A program made the position numbers and the translations under genes. From an uncultured Thermoplasmata archaeon (GTDB taxonomy: Archaea; Thermoplasmatota; Thermoplasmata; UBA10834): a stretch of 64,000 nt of DNA. The stretch lies in the NCBI GenBank assembly GCA_963719945.1, contig CAVRDX010000001.1, positions 352,001-416,000 of the forward strand. Reading direction: 5' to 3'. Positions 36,356 through 47,093 of this stretch are shown one piece after another (within the stretch, counting starts at the first letter, position 1; every line of letters begins with the position of its first letter). The notes below the pieces were generated by a model. It searched no databases and was not told the DNA's origin. It saw nothing but the letters and a program-made list of their open reading frames with translations.

Positions 36356-38662
36356 TCAGCTCTTCTTTTCGGCCTTCTTCTTCTCTTTCTTGGGGCACTC
36401 CATGTTTATGCATAGAACCCATGGCGGTTTGCCCTTCTGGTTCCAGACCTTGATGATCGGCGAGCCACAAGCATCGCACGGTTCATCGGTCGGGACGATC
36501 TTCCCCATCTGTGGGAGTGGGTAGACTTTCGTGCACTTCGGGTAATTCGAGCATCCAGCGAACCTCTTCCCTTTCTTCGACTGGATCGCCATGAGGTCGC
36601 TTCCACAATCGGGACACTTGCCTACATACCTCTCTTTCTTGGCGCTTGTACACGCAGGGTCTACGCAGACGATCATCGGCGGCTGGCCTTTGGTTACGTA
36701 CTTCATCTTCGGCGCTCCGCAGACATCACACTTCTGGTCTGTGGCAAGCACGAGCATGCCTCTCGGGAGCGGATATGTCCTCTTGCATTCCGGGTATTTG
36801 GAGCATCCGATGAAGCTGCGACCATCCCGCATTCTGATCTCCAATAGCTGGCCCTGGCCGCACTCGGGGCAATCTCCCAGGTTGTGCTGCGCCCTCAAGG
36901 CCTTTCGGATATCGTCCCCGATCTCCTTCTTGTTCTTCTCCAGCACGGTCATGATGTCATCGAGCATGTCTTGGCTCTCTTCAAGGACATCCGCTTGGAC
37001 CCTATCGCCCTGGGCTATCAGGTCCATCTCGTTCTCAAGATGTGAGGTCATCTTCACATCTGTAATCTTATACTCGTCATGCAACCTTGCGTGATCTTCG
37101 AGTGCAGCCACCACGGCTATGCCGCTTTCGGTGGGCTCGATCTTGACTCCCTTGGCGAATCGCCTGTCGTACAGTTTCTGAATCGTCTCATGACGAGTAC
37201 TCTTCGTGCCCAATCCTCGCCTCTCCATATCTTGGATCAACGTGCCTTGCGTATACCTCGCAGGAGGCTGCGTGTTCTTCTCGGTAACCACGATCTTCTG
37301 CACTTCTGCCTGGTCTCCAGCAAGGAGCGTCGGGAGTTTGACTTCGTTGACCTTGAAGAACGGGTAGTACTTTCTCCATCCGGGCGATATGATCTCATAA
37401 CCTTCGCTGGTGAATGGCTCCCCTCCTATGTCCAGGTTCACGATGGTCTTCTTCGACATGCATGGTGGGGCAACTGTCGCCAGGAATCTTCGGGTCACTA
37501 GTTCATACACATCCCATCGATGGCCCTTCAAATCCTGCTTCTTGGCCGCATCCACTGGATGGATCGGAGGATGATCGGTCGTGCTCTTCTTCCCTCTGGA
37601 GGGTCTTATGCTTTCCTGGGCTAGAATCTCCTCTGCCTCCGCGGCAAACTCTGACTTCTTGAGCTTCTCAAGTATGCTCTTCAGACCAAGTGAAGTTGGA
37701 TAGACCGTGTTGTCGGTTCTGGGATAGGAAATGTACCCATCAGTGTACAGGTCCTCTGCGATCTTCATCGCCTGCGAGGCGCTCAATCCGCGCTTGGTTG
37801 CCTCTGCAAGGAATGCTGTCGTGTTGAACGGAGCTGGCGGATACTCGGTATTCTCCTTTTCGTTGGCATCCTTGACATTTGCGATCTTTGCCTTCTTCGC
37901 GTTTGAGACAGCCGTCTGGGCCTTGTCCTTGTTGTCGAAACTCCCGTTCGAATGGGCTGCCCTGAACTCCTCGCCCTTCTTCAGGTTTGCAGAGACCGTC
38001 CAATATGGAATTGGGACAAATTCCCTAATCTCTTTTTCGCGTGCGACGACGAGAGCAAGTGTTGGACTCTGGACTCTGCCCACGGATAGGAAATCCTTGC
38101 CGAGCTGTCCTGATGCCAATGAGATGAACCTTGTCAATGCAGCTCCCCAGACAAGATCTATGAGTTGTCTCGTCTCAGCCGCTGAAGCGAGTTTGTAATC
38201 GATGTCTGTGAGCTCGGAGAACGCTCTCTCGATCTCTCCTTTGGTGAGCGCGCTGAACTTGGCGCGCCGACTGACCTTCTTGAATGATGTCTGTTCGAGG
38301 GCTTCCACCCCGATGAGCTCTCCCTCTCGGTCATAGTCCGTCGCAATGACGACCTCATCCATCGTTTTTGCAAGGTCCTTGAAGACATTCATTATCCTAG
38401 CCGCGGTCGCATCGACTTTCTTCTCTGGCTTGGCATAGATGAGGTCCTTTGGAGAGATCGAATCCCAGTCGTTGTACTTCTTCGGATAATCGAGAATTAC
38501 GATGTGCCCTCTGAGCCCGAGAACTGTGTATTCATCACCGTCTCTATTGAACTCATAAACGGGGACGCCCGATACCGAGCGTCTCTTCTGAGTATAGTTG
38601 GAGAGGATGAATGCAATCCTCTGCGCGGCGTGGTTCTTCTCGCAGATGATTAGCCTGCGCAT
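36356..38662 (-). CDS. topA: Type IA DNA topoisomerase with four C-terminal zinc ribbons
   Basis: LIICEK, ATDYDREGE, SVGRVQSPTL, ISYPRTD, LGTKSTR. Confidence 0.97.
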   Translation of the reverse strand: MRRLIICEKNHAAQRIAFILSNYTQKRRSVSGVPVYEFNRDGDEYTVLGLRGHIVILDYPKKYNDWDSISPKDLIYAKPEKKVDATAARIMNVFKDLAKTMDEVVIATDYDREGELIGVEALEQTSFKKVSRRAKFSALTKGEIERAFSELTDIDYKLASAAETRQLIDLVWGAALTRFISLASGQLGKDFLSVGRVQSPTLALVVAREKEIREFVPIPYWTVSANLKKGEEFRAAHSNGSFDNKDKAQTAVSNAKKAKIANVKDANEKENTEYPPAPFNTTAFLAEATKRGLSASQAMKIAEDLYTDGYISYPRTDNTVYPTSLGLKSILEKLKKSEFAAEAEEILAQESIRPSRGKKSTTDHPPIHPVDAAKKQDLKGHRWDVYELVTRRFLATVAPPCMSKKTIVNLDIGGEPFTSEGYEIISPGWRKYYPFFKVNEVKLPTLLAGDQAEVQKIVVTEKNTQPPARYTQGTLIQDMERRGLGTKSTRHETIQKLYDRRFAKGVKIEPTESGIAVVAALEDHARLHDEYKITDVKMTSHLENEMDLIAQGDRVQADVLEESQDMLDDIMTVLEKNKKEIGDDIRKALRAQHNLGDCPECGQGQLLEIRMRDGRSFIGCSKYPECKRTYPLPRGMLVLATDQKCDVCGAPKMKYVTKGQPPMIVCVDPACTSAKKERYVGKCPDCGSDLMAIQSKKGKRFAGCSNYPKCTKVYPLPQMGKIVPTDEPCDACGSPIIKVWNQKGKPPWVLCINMECPKKEKKKAEKKS

Positions 38663-38751
38663 CTGGGGTTGGATGCTTCGGCTCTTATATAATCATAATG
38701 GGTGATAACAGGAAACACTCCAGATTGTGTTCTGGCTAGAATTCCCTCGAT

Positions 38752-40065
38752 TCACTTGGCATTCCATTTCTTCCTTCTGAGATCCAGGAGTTCGTTCCTT
38801 CTCCGACCAAGCCCGAGAATGGAGACTGGCACACTCATGTCGTTCTCGACGAATCGTATGTATTCCTTCATGGTCTCCGGAAGCGCGCGGAATCCCTTCG
38901 CGAGGATGCTATCCAGCCGCTTCCCCTCGATCTCCTCCCAACCTCTGAGAGTCTTGTACACTGGTTCGCATCTCTGAAGCACCCGCAGGTCCGTCGGGAA
39001 TCTTGTCACTCTCTTGCCATCGAGTCTATAGTGTGTGCATATCTTGACCTTGTCGAAACCTCCGAGGACGTCTATCTTGGTCATCGCGATGCCCTTGAAA
39101 CCATTCAATGAGTGCGAATATCTGGTGACGACGAGGTCCAGCCATCCACACCGTCTGGATCTCCCTGTCGTTGTGCCGAACTCCCCACCCTTCTCCGCTA
39201 TGCTGCTTCCGATATCGTCGCAGAGCTCTGTCGGGAAAGGGCCTTCACCGACGCGTGTGGTATATGCTTTCATGACGCCGTAGACGTCACCAATCGCGGA
39301 GGGCGGGACGCCAGATCCAGATGCCGCATTAGATGCTGCCGTTATAGATGAGGTGACATATGGGTAAGTGCCATGGTCTATGTCCAGCATGGTGCCCTGT
39401 GCGCCCTCGAAGAGGACGTTCTTATTCTTGGCTAGTGCGCTGCCGATAAGTGCTCCTGTATCCATCACATGCGTACTGAGTCTCTTGCCATATTCTGAAT
39501 ATTCTCTGACTATCTTGTTCTTGTCGAGTTTTGTCGAATCGCCGTAGAATTCCAGAAGCCTCTGCTTAAGCGGAATCAGAAATGCCAGTTTTTCGGACAG
39601 CACCTCTTCTTCGACGAGGTCGCACATCCTCACACCGATTCTCGATGCCTTGTCCGAGTATGCTGGCCCTATCCCCCGGCCCGTTGTGCCCACTTTGGAG
39701 CCCATCTTGAGCCTCTCCTCGGCCCCATCCAAGAGCTTATGGTATGGCATGATGACATGGGCCCGTTCGCTGATTCTGAGGTTCTTAGTGCTGACACCTC
39801 TGGATTCGAGGCCGTCAAGTTCCTGGATGAGCACTCCTGGGTCGATGACCACACCGTTCCCTATCACAGAGAATTTGCCGCGCCTGAGAATCCCCGAAGG
39901 TAGGTGGTGCAGTTTGAACAGCTCCTCGCCGATCTTGACGCTATGTCCGGCATTGTTCCCTCCCTGGAATCTGACGACGAACTGCGCATCCTCTGCGAGG
40001 TAGTCCACTATCTTGCCCTTGCCTTCATCGCCCCATTGTGATCCTACGACAGTCAACGATGGCAT
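38752..40065 (-). CDS. purA: Adenylosuccinate synthetase
   Basis: QWGDEGKGK, GGNNAGH, EGAQG, GTTTGRSRRCGW; start taken at MPSLTVVG. Confidence 0.97.
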   Translation of the reverse strand: MPSLTVVGSQWGDEGKGKIVDYLAEDAQFVVRFQGGNNAGHSVKIGEELFKLHHLPSGILRRGKFSVIGNGVVIDPGVLIQELDGLESRGVSTKNLRISERAHVIMPYHKLLDGAEERLKMGSKVGTTGRGIGPAYSDKASRIGVRMCDLVEEEVLSEKLAFLIPLKQRLLEFYGDSTKLDKNKIVREYSEYGKRLSTHVMDTGALIGSALAKNKNVLFEGAQGTMLDIDHGTYPYVTSSITAASNAASGSGVPPSAIGDVYGVMKAYTTRVGEGPFPTELCDDIGSSIAEKGGEFGTTTGRSRRCGWLDLVVTRYSHSLNGFKGIAMTKIDVLGGFDKVKICTHYRLDGKRVTRFPTDLRVLQRCEPVYKTLRGWEEIEGKRLDSILAKGFRALPETMKEYIRFVENDMSVPVSILGLGRRRNELLDLRRKKWNAK

Positions 40066-40133
40066 CCTATCGATAAGTGCATCCTCGACCTCTGTATTTA
40101 AACATTGGATTCGGTCTGGAATATTGTACCTGA

Positions 40134-41237
40134 TCATCGTTTGAATATCTCGATCAGATCGTCTATCGGTGCATCTGTCTTGAATCCCTTGGGGTCGAAG
40201 TGAGTCCTCGAAGCGGTGAAGCCCGCATCCTCGAGTCTCTCGATGAAGATGACCAGCTTGGGTGGCGAGTGCTTGGTTCTCCGTGCTATTTCGTCGAGTT
40301 TGTAGAACAGCGGCGTAGACATGGCTTCCTCCCTCCAGACCGTCAGCATCTTCTCGCATCGCGATGAAGTCCCAAGATCCCCAGTCACGGACATCTTCCG
40401 CAACAATTCCTTTGAGAACAATTGTCCGGTCCAGAGGGGACCAGCATCCATCTTGCCGCATCTGCTGTCGGTGACTTCGCGGACAAGGGATTCCTTGTCA
40501 TATCTTGCGTATCCCAGACGTTTTATGGCGGCATCCGCCCTGTTGGCCCCGTTCACTATTCTTGCGTAGATCTTGAAGTAATGGTCCGCATGATAGCATA
40601 GCAATGGTTCGCAAGCCCTGTCATGCTTGGCTGCCTCACGCACAAGATATCCCAAGAGTATTCTCAACCCCGTTTCGTGCGCGAACGGAGACCTTGATGA
40701 GTGCGAGCCATACCGTCTGAGGCAAGTCTTGGGATATGTCCCGTACAGCGGCGCGGTGTCGGTAGCCGTTATTGCCACCACTCCCCTGTTCTTGCAGCTC
40801 TGGACGGCTGCGTCTATGAATCCGACTGGGGTCCCAAACGGGTCGACATCGATGTAGTCGAACGCCTCGTCTGCCAGTAGACTGTTAAGATCCCTGGACG
40901 TGACTGCCACATGCTCCAGACTGTTCATGGACGCGTTCTCTTTGATCAACACCGCCGCCATGAGATTCCTGTCGTTCAGTATGAAATCGGCTTTCACACC
41001 ACACTCATTCGCCAGCCGGAGTCCCCTGGCACCGGTTGCGGCCAGCCCATCGAGTATCTTCTGTCCTTCTTGAAAAATCTCACGCCCGAACATGACGGAG
41101 ATGTCTCGGCCGAATTCCATCTGCCTGTTGTAGAACAGATCGCCACGTTTCGTGCCAGGCCCCTTCCTGCAGAAATCATCGGGAACCAGAAGTTCCGTGG
41201 TGCCTTCAATGACCTTGGCAAGCCCAGGTCCGCTCAA
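40134..41237 (-). CDS. trm1: tRNA (guanine26-N2)-dimethyltransferase
   Basis: FYNRQMEFGRD, ATGARGLR, DVDPFGTP, TATDTAPL, GPLWTG. Confidence 0.95.
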   Translation of the reverse strand: MSGPGLAKVIEGTTELLVPDDFCRKGPGTKRGDLFYNRQMEFGRDISVMFGREIFQEGQKILDGLAATGARGLRLANECGVKADFILNDRNLMAAVLIKENASMNSLEHVAVTSRDLNSLLADEAFDYIDVDPFGTPVGFIDAAVQSCKNRGVVAITATDTAPLYGTYPKTCLRRYGSHSSRSPFAHETGLRILLGYLVREAAKHDRACEPLLCYHADHYFKIYARIVNGANRADAAIKRLGYARYDKESLVREVTDSRCGKMDAGPLWTGQLFSKELLRKMSVTGDLGTSSRCEKMLTVWREEAMSTPLFYKLDEIARRTKHSPPKLVIFIERLEDAGFTASRTHFDPKGFKTDAPIDDLIEIFKR

Positions 41238-41779
41238 ACGTACTCGCCCTTCATGAGTTTGATTATCTTGTATGGAAGCAGGTTCCTGTTGATTGGGGTG
41301 ACTTCAAGAATACGTACATCGTCCCTGCGCCTGATGTCTTGGAGGAGCGGATTCCTGGACTTCTTGTGCAGTGTTAGGATGATGGGCTTCTCTACTTCCA
41401 TGGCATCCTTCACTGCCTTGACGAACTTCTCAGATTCCACTTCCATCTTTCCAACTTCGTCGATCACTATCACATCGGCGTTCTTGCTTGCATCGACGAG
41501 TGCCTCGACCCCGACCGTGTCCAGGCTCTCCAGATTCACACCGTATTTTCCCACGCAGAACTTGGATTCAGTGTCCGTATGCGCGAATATGGCCTTTCTC
41601 TTCGTCTTCCAATCCATGACGTAGAATCCTACGCGCTTCCCATTCTCTATGATTGGTTCCGTGACCATTCCACCTACTACAAGCTCTTCTTCCTCCAGCA
41701 TCTCGATGACTTTGACGAGAGCCTGAGTCTTGCCTGCGCCAGGAAGACCTGTGATGCCTATCTTTATTCCTCTTGTCAT
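41234..41779 (-). CDS. Nucleoside-triphosphatase (THEP1 family)
   Basis: ITGLPGAGKT, RVGF, VGKYGV, IDEVGKME. Confidence 0.92.
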   Translation of the reverse strand: MTRGIKIGITGLPGAGKTQALVKVIEMLEEEELVVGGMVTEPIIENGKRVGFYVMDWKTKRKAIFAHTDTESKFCVGKYGVNLESLDTVGVEALVDASKNADVIVIDEVGKMEVESEKFVKAVKDAMEVEKPIILTLHKKSRNPLLQDIRRRDDVRILEVTPINRNLLPYKIIKLMKGEYV

Positions 41780-41873
41780 GGGGATCACCGATCATCCAGA
41801 TGGTCGAATCTCGTATGGTTTTTCAAATATATAATGTGTGTCATAAATCTTAACCGCCAGTTGGGAAAACGGG

Positions 41874-42281
41874 TCACGATTGAGCCGCGTCCATCCCATC
41901 CTTCACGACCCTGCTGACGAACATCAGAGGGTAGTTCATCTCCCTGACGAACTTCATGCCTGCTTCGACCAGGGTATTGTTGTATCTCACGGCTATCGAG
42001 ACATCAAGCATATCCCCTGTGAGGGAGACATACCCGAACTCGCTCACCTTCTCTCTCAGCTTGGTCCGGTCAATGCGGACCTTGACACTCTCGACGAATG
42101 GCTGGACCATGCTTCCTGATTCCATGGCCTTCTCCAGGGTTTCCACATTGTCTGCATTCACTGGGACACCGACGAACTGATGATATATCGTGCCGAGTTT
42201 GATGCCAGCCTCAAAAGTGGCTCTCTCCGAATCGGAGCACATGAAATGAGCGTCAGCTTTCCGCTCCCTTTCGTCTTTCAT
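41874..42281 (-). CDS. mptD: Archaeal dihydroneopterin aldolase
   Basis: ERATFEAGIKLGTIYHQFVGVPV, QPFV, YPLM. Confidence 0.85.
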   Translation of the reverse strand: MKDERERKADAHFMCSDSERATFEAGIKLGTIYHQFVGVPVNADNVETLEKAMESGSMVQPFVESVKVRIDRTKLREKVSEFGYVSLTGDMLDVSIAVRYNNTLVEAGMKFVREMNYPLMFVSRVVKDGMDAAQS

Positions 42282-43032
42282 ACAACGGCCCCCCTATGAT
42301 ATAGCAGATTGTAAGTGCCAGAGCGATGCCTGTGGCGGTACGTGAGAATGCCGTATATAATTGTTGGTCGTCGACAATGGCCAGTCCTGCGATGTACGGC
42401 ATGATTGCGGCGGCGATTCCCATGGCTGAAGCTTTGGCCATCCACCCCTTCACTTTGGGATAGGGTATCTGCGATGCCATGAGCACGCTCGCAGAGACTG
42501 CGCATAGAATGACGACCACTGGAGCCTCGTCGATTGCGAAATATAGGTTGCTAGACTCACTTCCGTCGGTCGCCCCAAACAGCATGCAGACGAGCAGAAT
42601 GAACAATGCCGCTGCAGGTGCGGGCAAGCCTGTGAAGTGTCCTAGTTGATAGCCACCGACGCTGAATCTCGCTAGTCTGAATAGGCCTGCTGCCATGAAT
42701 GCTGCAGCACAGACAAGGATCGCGAAATTCTCCAACGATCCTGTCGGCGATGCGACCAATGGGTCTCTCAGTTCAGCATATATGAGCAGTGCCGGTGCAA
42801 AGGCGAATGAGATGGAATCGGAAATGGAGTCCAGGACTTGTCCTCTAGTGTGCTTGCTCCCGAATCTCCTTGCCGAGTAACCATCCAGGCCATCCATGAC
42901 CATGGATATGAGCAAGAGCCCTGTCGCATACAGATAGCTCCCAGCGACGACATATGCGATTGCGACGAATCCAAGTACGCCATTGGCGAGCGTGAAAAGA
43001 TCCCCGAATGAGACCTTACCCAGTGCGCTCAT
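42253..43032 (-). CDS. pssA: Archaetidylserine synthase (CDP-alcohol phosphatidyltransferase)
   Basis: DGLDGYSARR...G..LDSISDSISF, RLARF, FTGLP. Confidence 0.88.
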   Translation of the reverse strand: MSALGKVSFGDLFTLANGVLGFVAIAYVVAGSYLYATGLLLISMVMDGLDGYSARRFGSKHTRGQVLDSISDSISFAFAPALLIYAELRDPLVASPTGSLENFAILVCAAAFMAAGLFRLARFSVGGYQLGHFTGLPAPAAALFILLVCMLFGATDGSESSNLYFAIDEAPVVVILCAVSASVLMASQIPYPKVKGWMAKASAMGIAAAIMPYIAGLAIVDDQQLYTAFSRTATGIALALTICYIIGGPLYERRKGAES

Positions 43033-43621
43033 CGAGCACCTCCGCGATGCAGGTCACTCCGGCCCTGACATTCTGACCCACATACGCTTTCAGGTCGACC
43101 TTGGTGGGTGGCAGGAATACATCTACCCTGGATCCGAACCTTATCAACGCCAATTTGCTTCCTTTCGAGACTGCGTGCCCCTTTTCTATATATGGCACAA
43201 TTCTCCGCGCAAGGATCCCGGACATATGCATGACAGACATTGGACCGATTCCTGTATCCATTTCCACTTCGATTCGCTCGTTGTTCGGTGATCGATGACT
43301 ATATGCCGGAAGGTGCTTGCCAGGATATCTGGTAACCTTCGTGATTGAACCAGAGGTCGGAGCCCTTGTGACATGGACATTGCTGAGTGAGAGATATATC
43401 GATACCAACCCTTTCGCAGGGTCTATCTCTCTTACCACTCCATCCGCAGGTGACACCACTCCGCTTCCTACAGTCCTCTCAGGGTCCCTGAAAACGAACA
43501 GGAAGAATCCCGTGAGCACCGCAAAACCGACGCAAAACGCTGCACTCACAGGGAGAAGTATGGCTGACGCTGCCGCACTCATTGCTACAAACAAACGCCC
43601 TCCCTTGGCGATCACCGACAT
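43016..43621 (-). CDS. psd: Phosphatidyl/archaetidylserine decarboxylase proenzyme
   Basis: FRDPER, SPADG, NVHVTRAP, and the FGSRVD pyruvoyl cleavage site. Confidence 0.92.
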   Translation of the reverse strand: MSVIAKGGRLFVAMSAAASAILLPVSAAFCVGFAVLTGFFLFVFRDPERTVGSGVVSPADGVVREIDPAKGLVSIYLSLSNVHVTRAPTSGSITKVTRYPGKHLPAYSHRSPNNERIEVEMDTGIGPMSVMHMSGILARRIVPYIEKGHAVSKGSKLALIRFGSRVDVFLPPTKVDLKAYVGQNVRAGVTCIAEVLDERTG

Positions 43622-43656
43622 ACCTCAGCTTCAGATATCCACTCAAGCACGATATC

Positions 43657-44310
43657 CTATTTAAGGAGCATCTTTGCGTCCACTACGACGACGCCCTTCG
43701 TCTTCACAAATACTGGGTTCAGATCCATCTGGTCCAGCTTGTCCATGTGTTTCTCGCCAAAGGCGGACACTGCAAGAAGAAGGTTGATTATCGCGTCTCG
43801 GTCCAGTTTTATCTTCCTGAAACCTTCGAGTATTGGCGCTGCCTTGATTTCCTTAAGCATCTCCTCTGCATCCTGTCTTCTGATCGGGACTACCCTGAAT
43901 GTCACATCCTTGTAGACTTCAGTATAGATCCCGCCTAGCCCGAACATTATGGTCAGCCCGAAAGTGCGGTCGTTGATGAGGCCAATGATGACCTCGACCT
44001 TCCTGTCCTGCATCGATTCGACCAATATGTTCTCTTTCGGGAACTTCTGACTCAGTTTGTTGAACTCCTGTTCGAACTGGTCCTTTGGTATGTCCAGAAC
44101 GACACCGCCGACATCCGTTTTGTGGAGGATATTCGGCGAACACACTTTCATAACAACTGGGAACTTGAGTTTCTTGGCATCGATCTGGTCGAAACGGTTC
44201 CCTACCTGAAAATCTGTGGTAGGTATCCCTGCCTCTCGAAGAGCTCCCTTGACCTCGTTCTCTGCCAGGGCTTTTCTGCCCTCCTTAAGCACGGAATCTA
44301 TTATTGACAC
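43657..44310 (-). CDS. acdB: ADP-forming acyl-CoA synthetase beta subunit
   Basis: FPVVMKV..P..HKTDVGGV, FGLGGIYTE, DLNPV. Confidence 0.88.
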   Translation of the reverse strand: MSIIDSVLKEGRKALAENEVKGALREAGIPTTDFQVGNRFDQIDAKKLKFPVVMKVCSPNILHKTDVGGVVLDIPKDQFEQEFNKLSQKFPKENILVESMQDRKVEVIIGLINDRTFGLTIMFGLGGIYTEVYKDVTFRVVPIRRQDAEEMLKEIKAAPILEGFRKIKLDRDAIINLLLAVSAFGEKHMDKLDQMDLNPVFVKTKGVVVVDAKMLLK

Positions 44311-44343
44311 GCTACCCCTATTTCCGGATGCGCGCTGGTCTCC

Positions 44344-44922
44344 TTAATCCTTGCCCTTGCCCTGGATGGCTTCCAACCCTAGCTTCTTGCCGAGAGCGAG
44401 CGCGGACTTGTTGAGTTCGTGGGTCGCCTTCGGGACTGATTCCAGCATGGCCTTCTCGAGGGCATTGTAAGAGACGATGTCCGAGATCTCTCTGAACGCT
44501 CCCAGCATAATCACATTGGCGACCACTCTGGTCCCCAACTCTTCCGAGACCTTGGTGACCGGTATGTAATATGCATGTCCTTGCGGCCTGCCCCTTACAA
44601 GGTCCGGGTCGATGATTATCTTGGTCTCTGGCTTGATTTCGTCTATATATTTTTCGTATGCCTGCTGGGACATAACGATAAGGTAATCTGGAATCTCGAC
44701 GAACGGGTAATGCATCTCCGTCGTGGATATCTTGACATCGCATTTGGAGTGCCCTCCCCTTGCAGAGGGACCATATGACTGGGTCTGGATCGCGCTCTTC
44801 CGCTGGGTCTTCCCATCCTTTCCGACAGGCCTGTCATAGAGTGCAGCTGCTCTGGCGGTGACTATCCCCATCAGGATGACGCCCTGTCCACCGAAGCCAG
44901 TGAACCTAATGCTTCTCTCCAT
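44344..44922 (-). CDS. korC: 2-oxoacid:ferredoxin oxidoreductase gamma subunit
   Basis: GFGGQGVIL, QTQSYGPSARGG. Confidence 0.9.
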   Translation of the reverse strand: MERSIRFTGFGGQGVILMGIVTARAAALYDRPVGKDGKTQRKSAIQTQSYGPSARGGHSKCDVKISTTEMHYPFVEIPDYLIVMSQQAYEKYIDEIKPETKIIIDPDLVRGRPQGHAYYIPVTKVSEELGTRVVANVIMLGAFREISDIVSYNALEKAMLESVPKATHELNKSALALGKKLGLEAIQGKGKD

Positions 44923-45724
44923 GCTTCTCAACTCCTATGCGCTCCTGATAGCATTCCCTGTCCCTGTTCACGAACTCTCCTATTGTTATCTGGCCTGCCA
45001 TGTTGAGATCAACATGGTCGACTGCGGCACTCCGAGCTTTCTCTCTTCGGACAGAATTCTCCTTGAACCATTCGAGCATACTGGATGTGTCCACCATCTT
45101 GTTCCTGCGGCCAAAATTGGTCGGACATTGGGAAACCACCTCGATGAGGTTGAATCCCTTCTTTTCCAATGCTATCTTGATTGATTTGGTCAGTTCGTGA
45201 ACGTGCCTGGTTGTCCATCTGGCAACATAATTGGCCCCAGCAGCGACCGCGATCTCCGAAAGGTCTAGTGGGTACTCCTTGTTACCGTATGGTGTGGTAG
45301 TCGACTGGAAATCGTGCGGAGTGGTGATCGAAGCTTGTCCTCCGGTCATTCCGTAGATGTTGTTGTTGATGCAGATCACATCCATATCGATGTTCCTCCT
45401 GCATCCGTTCATAAAATGGTTGCCTCCTATTGCGCCCAGGTCACCATCGCCTGTGAATACCACTATATCCAGCTCTGGTCTAGCGAGTTTCAATCCAGTT
45501 GCGAAAGCGACTGCCCTCCCATGTGTGGTGTGCAGAGCATCGGAGTTGATGTACAACGGTATCCTGGATGAGCAGCCGATGCCGCTGACGAAGACCGTGT
45601 TGTCGAGGCTCCAATCGAGTTCCTTGAATGCCCTATAAAAGCAGTTCATCACTGTCCCGTTGCCGCATCCTGGGCAGAAGACGTGTGGCCATCTGTCCTG
45701 ACGATAGAAATCGAATATCTCCAT
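44906..45724 (-). CDS. korB: 2-oxoacid:ferredoxin oxidoreductase beta subunit
   Basis: FCPGCG, SGIGCSSR, GDGD...IGGNH, NNNIYGMTGGQ. Confidence 0.93.
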   Translation of the reverse strand: MEIFDFYRQDRWPHVFCPGCGNGTVMNCFYRAFKELDWSLDNTVFVSGIGCSSRIPLYINSDALHTTHGRAVAFATGLKLARPELDIVVFTGDGDLGAIGGNHFMNGCRRNIDMDVICINNNIYGMTGGQASITTPHDFQSTTTPYGNKEYPLDLSEIAVAAGANYVARWTTRHVHELTKSIKIALEKKGFNLIEVVSQCPTNFGRRNKMVDTSSMLEWFKENSVRREKARSAAVDHVDLNMAGQITIGEFVNRDRECYQERIGVEKHGEKH

Positions 45725-46854
45725 CAAATCGCCCCCATCTCTCTGAGCTTGTGCCTGACCTCTCCCGGCGTTGGCGGTTCTCCTCCTATCTTTGGGAGCA
45801 GCTCGATCTTCTTGCAGCCTGCCTCGAGCGCAATTCTCTTGATATCGTGATACAGTTGACCCATGTTCATCTCGCAAACGAGGATGTGGTCCGCCTTTGA
45901 AGCGACCTCGCGGATGGGTTCTTCCGGGAGCGGCCATATGGTCTTCAATCGGAGTAGACCGATGCGGTCATCCCCGGCTGCGACTTCTCGTGCGCCGAAA
46001 GACGCTGAACCGTATGAGATTATCATGTGCTTTGAGTCCGGGCAGAACAAGTCCCATTTGTTGATATCCCTTCGGTTCTTGGTGATCTTGTCGTTGAGTC
46101 TGGAAACGAGTTCTTGATGGACCTTCGGGTCCTCGGGCTCTATCCTAGAATCAGGTCCGTGGGTCATGCCAGTGACTGCCGTCTTGTTTCCTTTGCCGAA
46201 TGTCGGGAATGGCGGGACGAGATCATCCGGGACATCATATGCTTCATCAGTTCTGCGCACGCCCTTCTCCTTCCTATTGACAATCTTGATATTGCTGGGT
46301 ACGCTCAGGAGACCTCTCATATGGCCTATCTCTGCATCCGATAGAACGAATGTGGGCACTCTGTATTTCTCAGCGTAATTGAATGCTTTGATTGTGAGGT
46401 CGAACATCTCCTGGACACTGGCAGGTGCGAACGCGATGACCTGGTAATCTCCGTGGGACCCCCACTTGGTGGCCATCACATCTCCTTGGGACGCTCTGGT
46501 AGGCTGGCCAGTAGAAGGTCCTCCCCTCATCACATTGACTATGACTGTTGGAGTCTCGGACATTGCAGCGTATCCAATGGCCTCTTGCATCAACGAAAAG
46601 CCGGGGCCAGACGTGGCGGTCATCGATTTCGCTCCGCCCCAGGAGGCACCTATGATTGCTGAAACGCAAGCGATCTCATCCTCCATCTGTAGGAATGCGC
46701 CTCCAACTTCTGGTAGCTTCCTCGCGAGCCCTTCGGCTATCTCCGTAGACGGTGTGATCGGATACCCTGCGAAGAAATTCAAACCCGAGACCAGTGCTGC
46801 TTCCACGCATGCTTCGTTCCCCTGGAGGAAATACTCTCCTGGTGTCAGGCTCAT
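45724..46854 (-). CDS. korA: 2-oxoacid:ferredoxin oxidoreductase alpha subunit
   Basis: GYPITPSTE, QMEDE, TATSGPGFSLMQE, RGGPSTG. Confidence 0.93.
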   Translation of the reverse strand: MSLTPGEYFLQGNEACVEAALVSGLNFFAGYPITPSTEIAEGLARKLPEVGGAFLQMEDEIACVSAIIGASWGGAKSMTATSGPGFSLMQEAIGYAAMSETPTVIVNVMRGGPSTGQPTRASQGDVMATKWGSHGDYQVIAFAPASVQEMFDLTIKAFNYAEKYRVPTFVLSDAEIGHMRGLLSVPSNIKIVNRKEKGVRRTDEAYDVPDDLVPPFPTFGKGNKTAVTGMTHGPDSRIEPEDPKVHQELVSRLNDKITKNRRDINKWDLFCPDSKHMIISYGSASFGAREVAAGDDRIGLLRLKTIWPLPEEPIREVASKADHILVCEMNMGQLYHDIKRIALEAGCKKIELLPKIGGEPPTPGEVRHKLREMGAI

Positions 46855-47093
46855 TTCTTCTCCTCCTCTTCTGGATGCCACGATATTGCCTGGTCTGGAC
46901 AGCTGAGGACGCAGAGTTCGCAAATGAGCTTTCCTTCTCTCTTGTGATTGTAGCAATTCTGCGGTTCACTCACGACCGCAGCGAAGTATCCACGAGGAGA
47001 GATATCTGCCCCCTTCGAGTAGCACTTTTTTGGGCACATATAGATGCAGATATTGCATGCCTTGCAGTACTTCAAATCAATGACGGGTTTCAT
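46851..47093 (-). CDS. korD: 2-oxoacid:ferredoxin oxidoreductase delta (ferredoxin) subunit
   Basis: CKACNICIYMCP and C...CELCVLSCPDQAI. Confidence 0.88.
   Translation of the reverse strand: MKPVIDLKYCKACNICIYMCPKKCYSKGADISPRGYFAAVVSEPQNCYNHKREGKLICELCVLSCPDQAISWHPEEEEKK

Noticed and set aside
40066-40461. N-terminal extension or fusion of PurA (569-aa ORF); likewise the extended korA, korB, aroK and ttuA starts
   Set aside because: The extensions overlap upstream genes or promoters; family N-termini begin at the downstream starts
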